IMG/VR virus record: IMGVR_UViG_2936984999_000001
Location: 32,001-96,000 of that record
Strand: one strand, 5' to 3'
DNA from: a virus
Lineage: Duplodnaviria; Caudoviricetes
DNA: 64,000 nucleotides
Each line of letters begins with the position of its first letter. Within the stretch, counting starts at the first letter, position 1. The notes beneath the pieces were generated by a model, which was not told the DNA's origin, ran no database searches, and saw only the letters and a program-made list of their open reading frames with translations. This document shows, in pieces, positions 37,713-48,655 of this stretch. Made by a program: the position numbers and the translations under genes.

Positions 37713-37753
37713 GTCTGTTTTTTTTATGCAAAAATTTAAAGGAGGAAAACTAT

Positions 37754-38572
37754 ATGTTTGAATTAGATGGCGTATTATGGGATTCTGCGCTTCATGCAGT
37801 TGCAGATAGTAAAGATGGAAAAGAAGTATATTACCGTCTCCCAGATATCAGTGATGTTTCTATTGATATTTCTGCTGATACAAAAGATTCTGTAGATAAG
37901 GATGGCGCAATTATTAAGAGATCCTACACAGCTAAGGCTGCAGCAGTTACACTTACAAATACTCACCTTGTTCTTGGTGCTTATGCTGGTACAACTGGTT
38001 CCAATAAGGTTGTAGCAGATACAGGAGCCGAGGTTGAGACACCTAAGATGATTCTTATTGATCCGCCTACTACTGACAATGAAGAAAGCAAGAAATATAC
38101 ACTTCCGGATACACCAATTGAAGGAACAGTTAGTGTTACACCAGTTTACAAAGATGGTGGTACAGGCAAAACTTATGCAATGGATACACAGGCAGATACT
38201 GCAAAATTTGCAATTACTGGAAAGGAGATTACTCTTCCAACAGGTGATTACAAAGATATTGTACAGCTTTTAGTTAAATACGAATATAAATGTGCAAGTG
38301 CTGTTATGGTTGAAAACCATGCAGATAAATTCCCAAAAACAGTTCGTCTTACAATCGTAGGATTATATTATGATCCATGTGAAAAGGATGTTCTGCGTCT
38401 TGGTTACATTGTATTCCCAAGTTTCCAGCCAAGTCCAGAGACCACAATTGCTATGAAGAATGACTCTACATTTGATTACAAGGGTGATGCTCAGTCTGAC
38501 TATTGTGCTAAAAAGAAACGTCTGTTCTATATGGTATTCCCTGAAGACGATATTCAGAAAGACGAAGACTGA
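37754..38572 (+). CDS. Major tail tube protein (probable)
   Basis: Strong RBS, T/A/D-rich beta composition, position, own terminator. Confidence 0.65.
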   Translation: MFELDGVLWDSALHAVADSKDGKEVYYRLPDISDVSIDISADTKDSVDKDGAIIKRSYTAKAAAVTLTNTHLVLGAYAGTTGSNKVVADTGAEVETPKMILIDPPTTDNEESKKYTLPDTPIEGTVSVTPVYKDGGTGKTYAMDTQADTAKFAITGKEITLPTGDYKDIVQLLVKYEYKCASAVMVENHADKFPKTVRLTIVGLYYDPCEKDVLRLGYIVFPSFQPSPETTIAMKNDSTFDYKGDAQSDYCAKKKRLFYMVFPEDDIQKDED

Positions 38573-38581
38573 TATTCTCTT

Positions 38582-38612
38582 AACCCCATGGACTTATAAT
38601 CCATGGGGTTTT
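38582..38612 (+). terminator. Intrinsic terminator-like hairpin
   Basis: AACCCCATGGA-loop-TCCATGGGGTT followed by T residues. Confidence 0.65.
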
Positions 38613-38634
38613 ATCAGAAAGAAAGGAGGATGTC

Positions 38635-39087
38635 ATGTCTAATAAGAGAAAATGTTTGATGTGTGAAACTGAGTATAAATATTGTCCTTATTGCCGTGAT
38701 TATGATCAGCAGCCACGTTGGAAAACAACATTTGATAAAGAAGAATGCAGAAATGTATACAATATTCTTACTGGTTATTATAGCGGTAATTATACAAAAG
38801 ATGTGGCAAGAGAAAAACTTCTTAATGTAAATATTGATGGAATTGTATTTAACAACGCTGTCAAGAAACAGATTGATGAAGTATTGCAAGTTTCTACAGA
38901 AGAATTAAAAACAGTCCATGACGAAATTACTGATTCTGATGATATCATGGATGGAATTAAAAATATCGAACCAGTTCTTAAAAACGACAAAGTTTTTGAG
39001 AAAGCTGATGAGAAAAAGAAACAGGTAGTAAAGATTAAACCGGTTTCTACAGTAAAACCAGTAGTTAATAAAGCTACTAATAAATAA
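38635..39087 (+). CDS. Hypothetical Zn-finger protein
   Basis: CLMC..YKYCPYC motif; AAGGAGG RBS. Confidence 0.7.
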   Translation: MSNKRKCLMCETEYKYCPYCRDYDQQPRWKTTFDKEECRNVYNILTGYYSGNYTKDVAREKLLNVNIDGIVFNNAVKKQIDEVLQVSTEELKTVHDEITDSDDIMDGIKNIEPVLKNDKVFEKADEKKKQVVKIKPVSTVKPVVNKATNK

Positions 39088-39198
39088 TTTTGAAGAGTGA
39101 TTAAGGAGGTAAGAAAAATATGACCTATTCGCATTGTTTGCGTTTTAAAATCATTCTTACCTCATTTTTTCGCTTTTCTATAGGATCAAAAGGACAAA

Positions 39199-39420
39199 AT
39201 GCTTATGCGTGAATATAACGAAGTGATGAATAAATATTATGATCCTGAAAAATGTGTATTCTTTGAAAATGCTCTTCAGAGTAATGCTTATATTTTTCGC
39301 GGTAATGCAGAACTACAGGCAGTCTTAGATTCAAAAAGAAATCCAGGACGCTTTGTATTCGCATTCCTTATCAGTGATCATAAGAGACTTAGAGAAAAAT
39401 GGAAAAATCACGAATTATAG
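39199..39420 (+). CDS. Small hypothetical protein
   Basis: ORF with AAAGGA RBS. Confidence 0.6.
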   Translation: MLMREYNEVMNKYYDPEKCVFFENALQSNAYIFRGNAELQAVLDSKRNPGRFVFAFLISDHKRLREKWKNHEL

Positions 39421-39430
39421 GTGATACATT

Positions 39431-39820
39431 ATGAAATATTTAACAGAAAAAGAATTTGAAAAAGAAATGACGCAGATCAAACAGCAAAAGCGTCAATATG
39501 AAATGAAAAAAGAACTTAGAGAAGCAAAACGCAGATTTCCTAAGTTTAAGAAACCAAGAACAAGTAAGATGGTGTTATGGACTGTGATTGCCATTTGTAT
39601 ACAGATCTTATGGTTTACAGAACATATGGCAACTATTACAGGTGACACAAGTTTTATGTATGCACTTGTCGCTATTCCTGCCTCATTAATTCCAACTGTT
39701 TTAAGTTATATGAAAAATAGTCGTGTGGAACATCAAATGGGACAGTTTGAAAATCCGATAGAGACTCCATATGTAACTTTAGACTTAAATAATGAAGAAG
39801 AAAATAAAGCATCCGGTTAA
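39431..39820 (+). CDS. Two-TM membrane protein (holin-like)
   Basis: Two hydrophobic segments; adjacent to a second membrane protein gene. Confidence 0.55.
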   Translation: MKYLTEKEFEKEMTQIKQQKRQYEMKKELREAKRRFPKFKKPRTSKMVLWTVIAICIQILWFTEHMATITGDTSFMYALVAIPASLIPTVLSYMKNSRVEHQMGQFENPIETPYVTLDLNNEEENKASG

Positions 39821-39833
39821 AGAGGTGAGATGA

Positions 39834-40130
39834 ATGAATACAAATATTTTTATTATGTTATTTGCAATTTATAGTATTGCAACAGGACTTGTAGTTGAGA
39901 CAATTAAAAAATTACTTGATGAAGCAAATAGAAAATATGCTTCCAATTTACTTGCTTTTATTGTTGCAATTGTTATCGGAACTGTAGGAACACTTGTATA
40001 TTACCAGTTATATGGTATTGCTTTTGATGTAAACAATATTATTTGTGCAGTGCTACTTGGAATTTTAAGCGGCGTTGGTGCAATGGTTGGTTTTGATAAA
40101 GTAAAACAGTTTATTGGACAGATTAAATAA
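39834..40130 (+). CDS. Holin-like three-TM protein
   Basis: 98 aa, three hydrophobic helices, GAMVGFDKVKQ tail. Confidence 0.65.
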   Translation: MNTNIFIMLFAIYSIATGLVVETIKKLLDEANRKYASNLLAFIVAIVIGTVGTLVYYQLYGIAFDVNNIICAVLLGILSGVGAMVGFDKVKQFIGQIK

Positions 40131-40135
40131 TACAG

Positions 40136-40705
40136 ATGGCAGAAAAATTATACCTAACCTCTCCTATGCCACCTTCAGTTAATCACTACACTTCTGTGCG
40201 TACCATAATGAAAAATGGCAGACCACTTTCAATGGTATATGAGACCAAAGAAGCCAAGGATTATAAAAAGGCATTCAAGAAAATAATCGAGGATGAAGTA
40301 AAAAAACAGAACTGGACCAGAGAGGTAAATGATACACAGCATTTTTTTATAGATGCTGTTTTTTATTTTGACAGAATTGATAAAGATTGTGCAAACTATG
40401 AAAAATGCTTAGATGATACAATCACAGAAACACAGCTAATATGGAAGGATGATAATGTAGCACTCTTCCGCCCTCAGAGAATTTTTTATGATAAGGACAA
40501 TCCAAGGATTGAGCTTACAATTTATCCTGTTGAATATATTGGGATCTTTAATAGTGACGATGATAAGGTAAAATTTGAAGACAAATGCAAAACATGTAAA
40601 CGCTATGCAAGAAATTGCAGTTTATTAAGAAAGGCTATTGAAGGAAGAATCCAGCCTGAAATCAAAGATTACGTATGTGAAAAATACTCTGAGATTAAAA
40701 ATTAA
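40136..40705 (+). CDS. rusA: RusA-family Holliday junction resolvase
   Basis: PPSVNHY, DKDCANYEKCLDD, IWKDD, NPRIELTI. Confidence 0.8.
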   Translation: MAEKLYLTSPMPPSVNHYTSVRTIMKNGRPLSMVYETKEAKDYKKAFKKIIEDEVKKQNWTREVNDTQHFFIDAVFYFDRIDKDCANYEKCLDDTITETQLIWKDDNVALFRPQRIFYDKDNPRIELTIYPVEYIGIFNSDDDKVKFEDKCKTCKRYARNCSLLRKAIEGRIQPEIKDYVCEKYSEIKN

Positions 40706-40721
40706 ATATTGGAAAATTATT

Positions 40722-40901
40722 ATGTACTCTTATGAGATTAGTGAACTATTAACAAGAAGTAACTATAGAATTCCATCGGATGTTTATTGGAAAATATGTG
40801 AATCACCACAAGTATGCAGAGTTAAATATAATCCATATGGTGATTGTATAGAAATTTGGACATCCGATGGAAACTATTGGAAAGTTACTGTTTATGAGTA
40901 A
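40722..40901 (+). CDS. Small hypothetical protein
   Basis: ATG at 40722 just after the rusA stop. Confidence 0.5.
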   Translation: MYSYEISELLTRSNYRIPSDVYWKICESPQVCRVKYNPYGDCIEIWTSDGNYWKVTVYE

Positions 40902-40933
40902 AAGGAAAATTGTTTGAAAAGGAGTAATTAACT

Positions 40934-41488
40934 ATGAAAGATATTACCGTACAGAAATTTATTAATACATATAATAAGAAGGAATCCGATAAGGAGAAAC
41001 AGGATTATATTAAATCAATGGTAAAAATTGAGTATATGCCGATCAATACAAAAATGACTCTTGCTGAAAAAATTGTTGAGAACGCATATTGGAAAGATGT
41101 TGAGAAAAAGGATATTGTAAGTGTCAGCTCTCCAGTTAGACATGTGCTTCATGTATATACAATTATTAATAATTATACATATGTCCATATGGACAATAAG
41201 ACTATGGCTGAAGACTATGATTATCTTAACAGAGGTGGACTTGTTGTAGAGCTTATTAAAGCAATTGGAAATGATGTTACAGAATTTACAGCTATTGAAG
41301 AAATGACTGCACAGGATTTTATGACTAATCATTATGGAACACAGGCATTTATTCAGAACCAGGTTACCAGACTGAATGATGTGTTGAAACAGGTTGGTAC
41401 TTCTCTCGCACCAGTATTTGCTGAAGCGATGAAAGATATTAGTAAGGAAGATATTATAAAGCTTGTTAAAGCGATTTCTTCAAAATAA
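40934..41488 (+). CDS. Hypothetical protein (possible tail assembly chaperone)
   Basis: AAGGAG RBS; position upstream of the tape measure gene. Confidence 0.55.
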   Translation: MKDITVQKFINTYNKKESDKEKQDYIKSMVKIEYMPINTKMTLAEKIVENAYWKDVEKKDIVSVSSPVRHVLHVYTIINNYTYVHMDNKTMAEDYDYLNRGGLVVELIKAIGNDVTEFTAIEEMTAQDFMTNHYGTQAFIQNQVTRLNDVLKQVGTSLAPVFAEAMKDISKEDIIKLVKAISSK

Positions 41489-41505
41489 AATATGAACATT
41501 TAGTT

Positions 41506-41540
41506 AAGCTCCATGGCTGTCAAAGGTCATGGAGCTTTTT
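41506..41540 (+). terminator. Intrinsic terminator-like hairpin
   Basis: AAGCTCCATGG-loop-TCATGGAGCTT followed by a T run. Confidence 0.65.
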
Positions 41541-41563
41541 ACAGTTTGAATAGGAGTTAAAAT

Positions 41564-42097
41564 ATGATTTCATTAAAAATTAACGCTTCTAATCTCAATA
41601 AGGCGGCTAGAAAATTTAGAAAATTAGCTGATAGTATTGAGACTGCAGAAAAGAAAACAAATGAAGAAATACCTAAAAAGGCTGCTCCTGAGATTGAAAA
41701 TGCAAGCAGGTTCGCAGTTGAAGATTGGTATATGTCATTCAATCCTGAATACTATGAAAGAACTGAATCTCTATTAAATGTATATGATGTAAAGCCATTA
41801 TCAGGGGAAATTAATGTTAATTTAAGCTCTGATGAATTAGGTGGACATAGAGTAGGTAATGACTACATTTATGAGTATATATTTAAACAAGGTTATCACG
41901 GTGGAGCCATTGATGGTCCTGAACATCCAGCTCCTGGAACTCCATATTGGAGAACAGGATTTAATTTTTCAGAATGGGGAAGACCTGCTCCAAAAACAAC
42001 TTCTGCTTATATGCTTATGCAGAAATACATTAGTGAAAAGAAAGATCCAATTAAGGAACTTACGTGGAGTACGTTTATTGGATATCTAAAATGGTAA
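41564..42097 (+). CDS. Hypothetical tail-completion-like protein
   Basis: PEYYERT and GYHGGA motifs; directly before the tape measure gene. Confidence 0.55.
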   Translation: MISLKINASNLNKAARKFRKLADSIETAEKKTNEEIPKKAAPEIENASRFAVEDWYMSFNPEYYERTESLLNVYDVKPLSGEINVNLSSDELGGHRVGNDYIYEYIFKQGYHGGAIDGPEHPAPGTPYWRTGFNFSEWGRPAPKTTSAYMLMQKYISEKKDPIKELTWSTFIGYLKW

Positions 42098-42115
42098 GAA
42101 AGGAAGTGAATTTAT

Positions 42116-43990
42116 ATGCCTAATGAAGATTTTAGTATAAAAACTGGTATAGAGGTTGATGATAGTGGAGTCAGCCAATTAAAAAGTATTGCTGATGAGC
42201 TTGAAAAAACAGCGAAAGCTTTACAGAAAATTAATAACGTAAAATTTAATGGTGATATTTTCTCTGGGTTGACAAATGCAGGAAAAAATATTCAAAACGT
42301 CACTAAAGAGATTGATAAATTACAGAAGTCTGCCAATGGTGCTGGAAAACCATTAACCAACATTGGAAAAGGCGCAGAAAGTATTGTTTCAGGAAACTCA
42401 AAGCAGTTTACATTATTAGATTTAACTTCTATTGATGTAATTAAATCAAGTATGAGTGAAATTGCTGCTTCTGCTCAAAATCTTAAAGAAGCATTAGGAT
42501 CAGAAGTTACTTCCGGATTAATGACTCAGATTGATGCTATGTTGGCGAAAAAAGATGAGTTACAGAATCTTGCGAATATTTTAAAAAGCAATAAGGAAGA
42601 TTTAGGTAAAGCTGCGAAAGCAACTGGAAGTAGTAATAAAAAATCTGCAAATAACACATCATCTTCCACTTCTACTAAAACCCCAAAATATATAACTGAT
42701 CAGTCTTATGTTGGTGATTATAAGACACTTGCAGATAATGAAGCTTTTGTTCATACTCTTAGTACGTTTAGACATAATACAACAGAAGCTCAAGCCGCCA
42801 TAGAAGAACGAAATAAAGTTATGGCAAGAGTAAACGCAAAAACACCACAGAACACTTCTGAAATAAATGCAAAGCAGAGATTTGATGATATTGATAAGAC
42901 TATCACAGACAATCTTAGTAAATACGGAGATCGAATTCAGAGCGCTTATAATGCTTTCGACAAGATAAAGGCTGACAAAAGTGGCATCGCTGGAATTGAA
43001 GATGTATTTAAATCCAGTGAAGAACAGATAAACAAATGGGCTACTGCTGTCGCAAAAGGCAAAATGAGCATTGGTGAATTTGAGAAGAAAGTCAGTGGGC
43101 TAAGTGGATCTGTTGGCAGTATTGGTAAAATCATCGATCCTGCAAGTATTACAGATGCAAAAGGTGAATTGGAAAGTTATCTAAGAGAGCTTACCAATGT
43201 ACAGGATATTACCTTTAGTGGATTTACAGAAAAAAATGGAATTGTTTCACTCAAAGGTACATTTAAGGATAGTGCCGGTGAAGCGCAGACTTTAAGTGTT
43301 CAATTAAATACACTGAATGGACAGATTAAAAATCTTGGAACTTCTGTAAAACCTGTTGAAAGTGGACTTAGCAAATTCTTCTCAGGTTGGAAAGAAAAAA
43401 TGGTAAACCTTGCCCAATATTTGACTTCATTCCAGGCAATGAATCAAGTTTGGAATACGTTCAAACAAGGTTTAGAAATAGTTAAAGAGTTTGATACTGC
43501 TCTTACAGAAATGCGAAAAGTATCAGATGAGCCGATCAGTAAGCTAAAAGAATTCCAAAAGGAAAGCTTTGATATGGCAAAGAGCGTTGGTACTACTGCT
43601 CTGCAGATCCAGAATAGTACGGCCGATTTCATGCGTTTGGGACAGAGCATGGAAGAGGCAAAGCAGTCCAGTATGAATGCTAATATTTTAAAGAATGTTT
43701 CGGAATTCGATAATGTCGATGATGCAACTTCTGCACTAATTTCTATGCAAGCCGCATATAAAGACTTAACACAAACAGAATTAATTGACAAACTAGACAA
43801 TATTGGAAACCGGTATGCTGTAGCTACTGACGAGCTTGCAACTGGTTTACAGAAATCCGGTGCTACGCTCAGTTTAATGGGAAATAATATTGATGAATCC
43901 GTGGCGTTATTAACTGCAGCGAACAGTCAGATTCAGAATATTGATACCGTGGCAGCCGGGGAAAAAGTAATTTCTTTGCGTATCGCAGGT
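42116..43990 (+). CDS. Tail tape measure protein, exon 1
   Basis: TP901-type core DTALTEMRKVSDE, STADFMRLG, IDKLDNIGN, ends SLRIAG. Confidence 0.88.
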
Positions 43991-44342
43991 AGGTTATGCC
44001 TGAACATACTGGAAGGTATGGGTGAATATTTATATTTACTGGTTGATAACTATATCGGTGGAGGTCTGGGGACAGATAATACCGAGGTAAGACCTATATT
44101 TATATAGGAAACCGTAACGACTGCAGGATGTGTGTGGTAACACATGTGTTGAAGTTATCCGTCCTTTTTCTATAAGGATGTAATATACAGTCTGAACAGC
44201 CGAAAGGCTCTTTTACATTTCTTAGTGTAATCGTCACGCAATAATCCAAAATTTTATGAAACGTGAGACATAGGTAGAAATTCCTATGCGCCATATTTAT
44301 ATGGTTGGTAAGGTTTGTGATAAACCTGAAAGTAACAACTTG
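43991..44342 (+). mobile_element. Group I intron (352 nt, no ORF) in the tape measure gene
   Basis: P1 CAGGU/GCCUG; P TATCGGTG, Q AATACCGAG, R GTAACGACTG, S ATATACAGTCT; splice gives LRIAG|TEEAKKELEELGED. Confidence 0.88.
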
Positions 44343-44615
44343 ACAGAAGAAGCAAAGAAAGAACTTGAAGAGCTTGGTGAAGACACATCTGACTATGTTG
44401 TCGCAACTAAGGCAAAGAAGCAACAAATTATTAAGGATTATACTGCCGTAGCTTCTAATGGTGGAAAAGGTGTAGATATTCTTGATGCGAATGGTAACTA
44501 TAAAAACATGTTCGAGATCATGAATGAAATCGGTTCAATCTACGCAGAATTACAAGCCGAAGATAAAAAGTATGGCGAAAATCGAAGTATGGCACTTATC
44601 GAAGAGTTAGCCGGT
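44343..44615 (+). CDS. Tape measure protein, exon 2 (91 aa)
   Basis: GVDILDANGNYK...LIEELAG, in frame at both junctions. Confidence 0.88.
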
Positions 44616-45048
44616 TCTAACCACAGTTTTAGCCGGATTATGTAGAAATGCATAATTAGAACATATTTAATTGCAGGTAAAGCCTTATGCTTTGCACCAC
44701 AATAATGGAGAAATCACATTATGAAGGTTTAAAAACACAAAGATTGGCAGATCTGCAGCGAAGCACCCTAACGTATTCCGTAGATCGTACGGTACTTGAG
44801 CCGAGGGTGAACGTTCACAGACTATTCCCATATAGGGAATCAGAAATATCATTATTCGATGATTATAAAATAAAGGTGGAAATCCTGAATATCTGATTCA
44901 TTAGAAGTACGGCGTAATCGCAAATGACGTTGGTGAAAAGCCATTAAATGGAAACGGTATGCTTGCTGCTCTTTTGGGCGTGAGTAAGAAATAGTCGAAA
45001 CTGACATGAAGAATGTCAGATATTTTTTTGTATGGAGAAAAATTAAAA

Positions 45049-45234
45049 ATGGATAAAAAATTTGATAAAGAATATTCAACACAATGGATTAAAGAAGTTA
45101 AGTGGCTTTCATGCCATAATGTTCGCTTTACGTTCGTAAAAAGAGATACGAATGGAATAACAATTTATAAATATAAAAAAACACATCAATTATTTTCTGC
45201 ACTTGCAGAATTTTATTGTAGAAATGGAGATTGA
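45049..45234 (+). CDS. Small intron-encoded hypothetical protein
   Basis: GGAG RBS; MDKKFDKEYSTQ...FTFVK..YKYKKT; overlaps the HNH gene start. Confidence 0.6.
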   Translation: MDKKFDKEYSTQWIKEVKWLSCHNVRFTFVKRDTNGITIYKYKKTHQLFSALAEFYCRNGD

Positions 45235-46408
45235 CATAGTAGTGACAGAATTAAATAATGAAATTGAAAACAAAATATTAGAGTTATTTGATAAGGGATT
45301 GAACATAAAAAATATCAATAGTGAATTAGGACTTGCTGATGGTGTTGTAACAAAATGTCTAAATAAACACGGAATTACAGATACAGGTTGGAATAACCCA
45401 TCAAAAAGATATTATTCGAAATTAACGGATGAACAAAAAAGAGAAATCGAAGATATGTATAGGGATGGACGACTGAAAGAGATTTTAAATATACATCCTA
45501 CGTTAGAAAAGAGTTTTCTATATAATTTAATGTCAAGAAACAAAATAGAAAATGGCAAATATTTCTGGACCGAAGAAGATACAAACTATTTGAGAGATAA
45601 TATTGGTTTGGGATATGATAAACTTTTTAAATATTTTTCTGGAAGACATACTAAAAAAGCCATAGAAACTAAAGCTAAGAAAATGGGATTAGCAAAACCC
45701 CAATATTGGACTGAAGATGAATTGAATATAATGAGAAAATACTATTCAACTATTCCAAAAGAAGATATTAAAAAACTGCTTCCAAATAGAACATGGAATT
45801 CTATCGTATTAAAAGGTAGTAATTTAAAAATAAAATCTCACCATTACCTTAATGAAAAATATTCTGAAAAAGAAGAGAATTTTATAAAAGAAAATTTTGG
45901 TAAGATGACAGATGCTGAAATTGCAAAAGCTATAGGAAAAACAATCCATGGAGTATGTGATAAAAGGCGTTTACTTGGTTTATATTATTTTGATAAAAAT
46001 TATTCTAAATATAACGATATTTCAAAATTCTTTCGAGCGCATATCTATGATTGGAAAGAAAACTCTATGAAACAATGTAATTATCAATGTATATTTACAG
46101 GCTCTAAAGATTATGCAATTCACCATATAATAAGTTTCAACACTATTCTCTCAGAATTCTTTTCATATATTGAATCTAAAAATCTTTTAAAATCCAATAA
46201 TTTAAATGATTACTCAAAAGAAGAACTTGATAATTTAATAAAAATATTTAATACAGTACACGACAAATATCCACTTGGTATTTGTGTACGAAAAGATATA
46301 CATAATTTATTCCATAATATTTACGGAAGTGGTGGAAACACAAAAGAACAATGGGATATATTTTCAGAAAAATTTTCAAATCATGAATACGACAATTTAA
46401 TAGCGTAA
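45224..46408 (+). CDS. Intron-encoded HNH homing endonuclease with HTH and Myb-like repeats (start uncertain)
   Basis: WTEED/WTEDE/YSEKE repeats; CIFTG..AIHHI..GICVRKDIHNLFH. Confidence 0.82.
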   Translation: MEIDIVVTELNNEIENKILELFDKGLNIKNINSELGLADGVVTKCLNKHGITDTGWNNPSKRYYSKLTDEQKREIEDMYRDGRLKEILNIHPTLEKSFLYNLMSRNKIENGKYFWTEEDTNYLRDNIGLGYDKLFKYFSGRHTKKAIETKAKKMGLAKPQYWTEDELNIMRKYYSTIPKEDIKKLLPNRTWNSIVLKGSNLKIKSHHYLNEKYSEKEENFIKENFGKMTDAEIAKAIGKTIHGVCDKRRLLGLYYFDKNYSKYNDISKFFRAHIYDWKENSMKQCNYQCIFTGSKDYAIHHIISFNTILSEFFSYIESKNLLKSNNLNDYSKEELDNLIKIFNTVHDKYPLGICVRKDIHNLFHNIYGSGGNTKEQWDIFSEKFSNHEYDNLIA

Positions 46409-46465
46409 ATTTTTATCCATGCAAAAAATATAGAGATGTGTTGCGAACATCTTTTAATAAAATTG

Positions 46466-46789
46466 AAAAACAGATCCAACGTTGCTTCAGCTATACTTAA
46501 CAACTATGATTTATTAGATAAAGTAAAGTCTGATTCTGAGCAATCTTCTGGAGCGGCACAAGAGGAAAATGAGAAGTATCTTGAAAGTATTGAAGCCTCC
46601 ATAGCCCAACTTCAAACACAGCTCCAAGAGCTTGCAACAGTAACAATCAACAGTGATATGTTTAAAGGCGTAATAGATACAGCAACTGCCTTTCTTAACA
46701 TCGTAACTCAGATCCTGGATAAACTTCCACTGCTCTCAACAGCAATTGGAGGATTCGCAGGATTTAAACTTTCACAAGCAGGTCTGGGT
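46466..46789 (+). CDS. Tape measure protein, exon 3 (108 aa)
   Basis: KNRSNV..SSGAAQEENEKYLESIEA..QAGLG. Confidence 0.85.
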
Positions 46790-47209
46790 AAACAGCTTAA
46801 CATAAACCATAAAGCTAGTTTCAATTCAAAATTTTATCGTAGTTAAGATGCCCATTTGATATGCTGCTGTCATAATCGCGACAGTTAGTATAGAACTTGT
46901 TCAAGATGGTGATTCGACACCTATTGACAGACCTTTAGCCTTAGAGCTATAAAGCCGAATATCGGAGGAAGCCGTAATCCACATCACTGTGGTACCTTAG
47001 TTCTGAAAATGAATGAAAGGGATATATTGAAGATGGTAGTTCCGACACGTTAGCAAACACATATGTTTAAATTTACAAAAGTGGATGATAAAATTCACGA
47101 ATAAAACGCAATTATAACAGGAAGAAAGAAATAGAGAGCAGAAAGTTGCAGGTAACAACTCTCCACTCTCTTAAAAGACTAAAAGGAGATTACAAAAATA
47201 TGAACTAAA

Positions 47210-47383
47210 CTATTTATTATTTTGGGTGTCATCCTTATAGAATTCTCCAGACATGTCAAATCCTTTCAGAAATCCAAAATGGATGTGAAAGTTTTTCATG
47301 TTCTTAGATGGTATTCTGCGGATTAACGACCATAGGATTAATAATCCTACAAGAGTTAAAACGAATAGAAATACATCTTCCAT
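47210..47383 (-). CDS. 57-aa single-TM protein inside intron P6 (below the ORF-track cutoff)
   Basis: MEDVFLFVLTLVGLLILWSLIRRIPSKNMKNFHIHFGFLKGFDMSGEFYKDDTQNNK; AAGGAGGTGA RBS; promoter TTTACA-17-TACAAT near 47603-47631; terminator-like hairpin near 47133-47171. Confidence 0.7.
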   Translation of the reverse strand: MEDVFLFVLTLVGLLILWSLIRRIPSKNMKNFHIHFGFLKGFDMSGEFYKDDTQNNK

Positions 47384-47902
47384 ATCTCACCTCCTTCCTG
47401 TACGAAAGTATCAAGAAAGAGATTTGATGTTGGGGAGAATCCCATAGAAATGAATATAATATTTAGAGTACTTCATTTTAGACAATCTCATTTCTGGTAC
47501 AAATTGCGTACCATTAATTCAGTACTACATGACGACTGTCAGATATACTGTCGTGCAGCGGATCACAATGTAGACCTGTGACCACAAGTATATCTGACTT
47601 TGATTGTAGTATAATTGTCCATTTTTGTAAATCCAGAACATATGTGTTTTCATGTAAAAGTGTAGTTTTACAGTTAACGTGCGAGAGGCTGACAAGGCGT
47701 ATTATGTGTGACGTTACAACATATAGTACAATATACAGTCCAACCAGGGAAAGCCTGGGTAGCATGATGGGTCGAATAGTATAGATAGAACCGTGAGGTT
47801 ACTACTCTCCTACTACCTGAAATGCACTAACTGCACACATTCACCACGGCTTGCAAACGTGGTGTTTTTATTATTTTATTGAAAAAGAAGGTGAAGATTT
47901 TT

Positions 47903-48112
47903 ATGCATATAAAAATTTTTGATTGTGATATTTTCATTGATACTCACGAAATATCAATAAGTGATCATTCTGGTGAAAGCAGTTATAATTCATTTAATAA
48001 AAAACCTATTGACACATGTGTTATTAAAGAAATTATAGAAGAACACTTATTATTTAATACTTCCAAAAGATTTAATGATCTTATTACTCAAGGCGAAGGT
48101 TTAATTGCGTAA
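47903..48112 (+). CDS. Possible small intron-internal ORF
   Basis: AAGGTG RBS before ATG at 47903; 3' end overlaps the convergent gene. Confidence 0.35.
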   Translation: MHIKIFDCDIFIDTHEISISDHSGESSYNSFNKKPIDTCVIKEIIEEHLLFNTSKRFNDLITQGEGLIA

Positions 48113-48641
48113 TTTCAGAATTAACAGCTGGGTTAACTTTTGAACATTCGATTATACAATTTTTCATACTTTTAATAACTACGTCAAAATTTTCTTCATT
48201 TTTATCTAATTTAAATCCACATGTTAAATCTCCAATATATACAGAACGTGCAGATGATAAATTAGCCTTCCAAGTATTTCCATTTCGATTTACTATAGTA
48301 TAAAGGTGAGGTTCTTTATTTTCATCGAATCCGGCAATAAGAAAATGCATTTCCCCTATTGTGTCGGACTGATTTTCTTTTAGAAATTTATAACTTTCAT
48401 CACGAACTTTATTTACATCCCAATCGTAAAAGTTAGGAAATTCTTTCTGTAAATGGTTATACAAAGGTTTCATTTTATTTAAATCACCGGCAAATCCAAT
48501 TAATGTATAGTTATTTTTCTTCTTTATTTTTGAAATATTATCATAAACAACAGAATTATCTTCAGAATTAACCCATCTTGAGTCCGAACAAGCAGAAATT
48601 CTTTTTCTATCTTTAGATATAGCAGCAATAACTAAGCTCAT
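48084..48641 (-). CDS. Ntn-hydrolase / proteasome-beta-like protein (intron cargo)
   Basis: M-S start, LVIAA..ISACSDSR, SKI, LIGFAGD, FLIAGFD..PHLY resemble proteasome-beta/HslV-fold motifs; AGGAG RBS. Confidence 0.65.
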   Translation of the reverse strand: MSLVIAAISKDRKRISACSDSRWVNSEDNSVVYDNISKIKKKNNYTLIGFAGDLNKMKPLYNHLQKEFPNFYDWDVNKVRDESYKFLKENQSDTIGEMHFLIAGFDENKEPHLYTIVNRNGNTWKANLSSARSVYIGDLTCGFKLDKNEENFDVVIKSMKNCIIECSKVNPAVNSEITQLNLRLE

Positions 48642-48655
48642 ATTATGCACTCTCC

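Larger units (their letters stand above)
44616..46465 (+). mobile_element. Group I intron (1850 nt) carrying a small ORF and an HNH endonuclease
   Basis: P1 CCGGU/GCCGG, P10 GTTTT/AAAAC; P AATTGCAGG, Q ATCTGCAGC, R GTTCACAGACTA, S AAGAAATAGTC; splice gives ELAG|KNRSNVASAIL. Confidence 0.9.
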
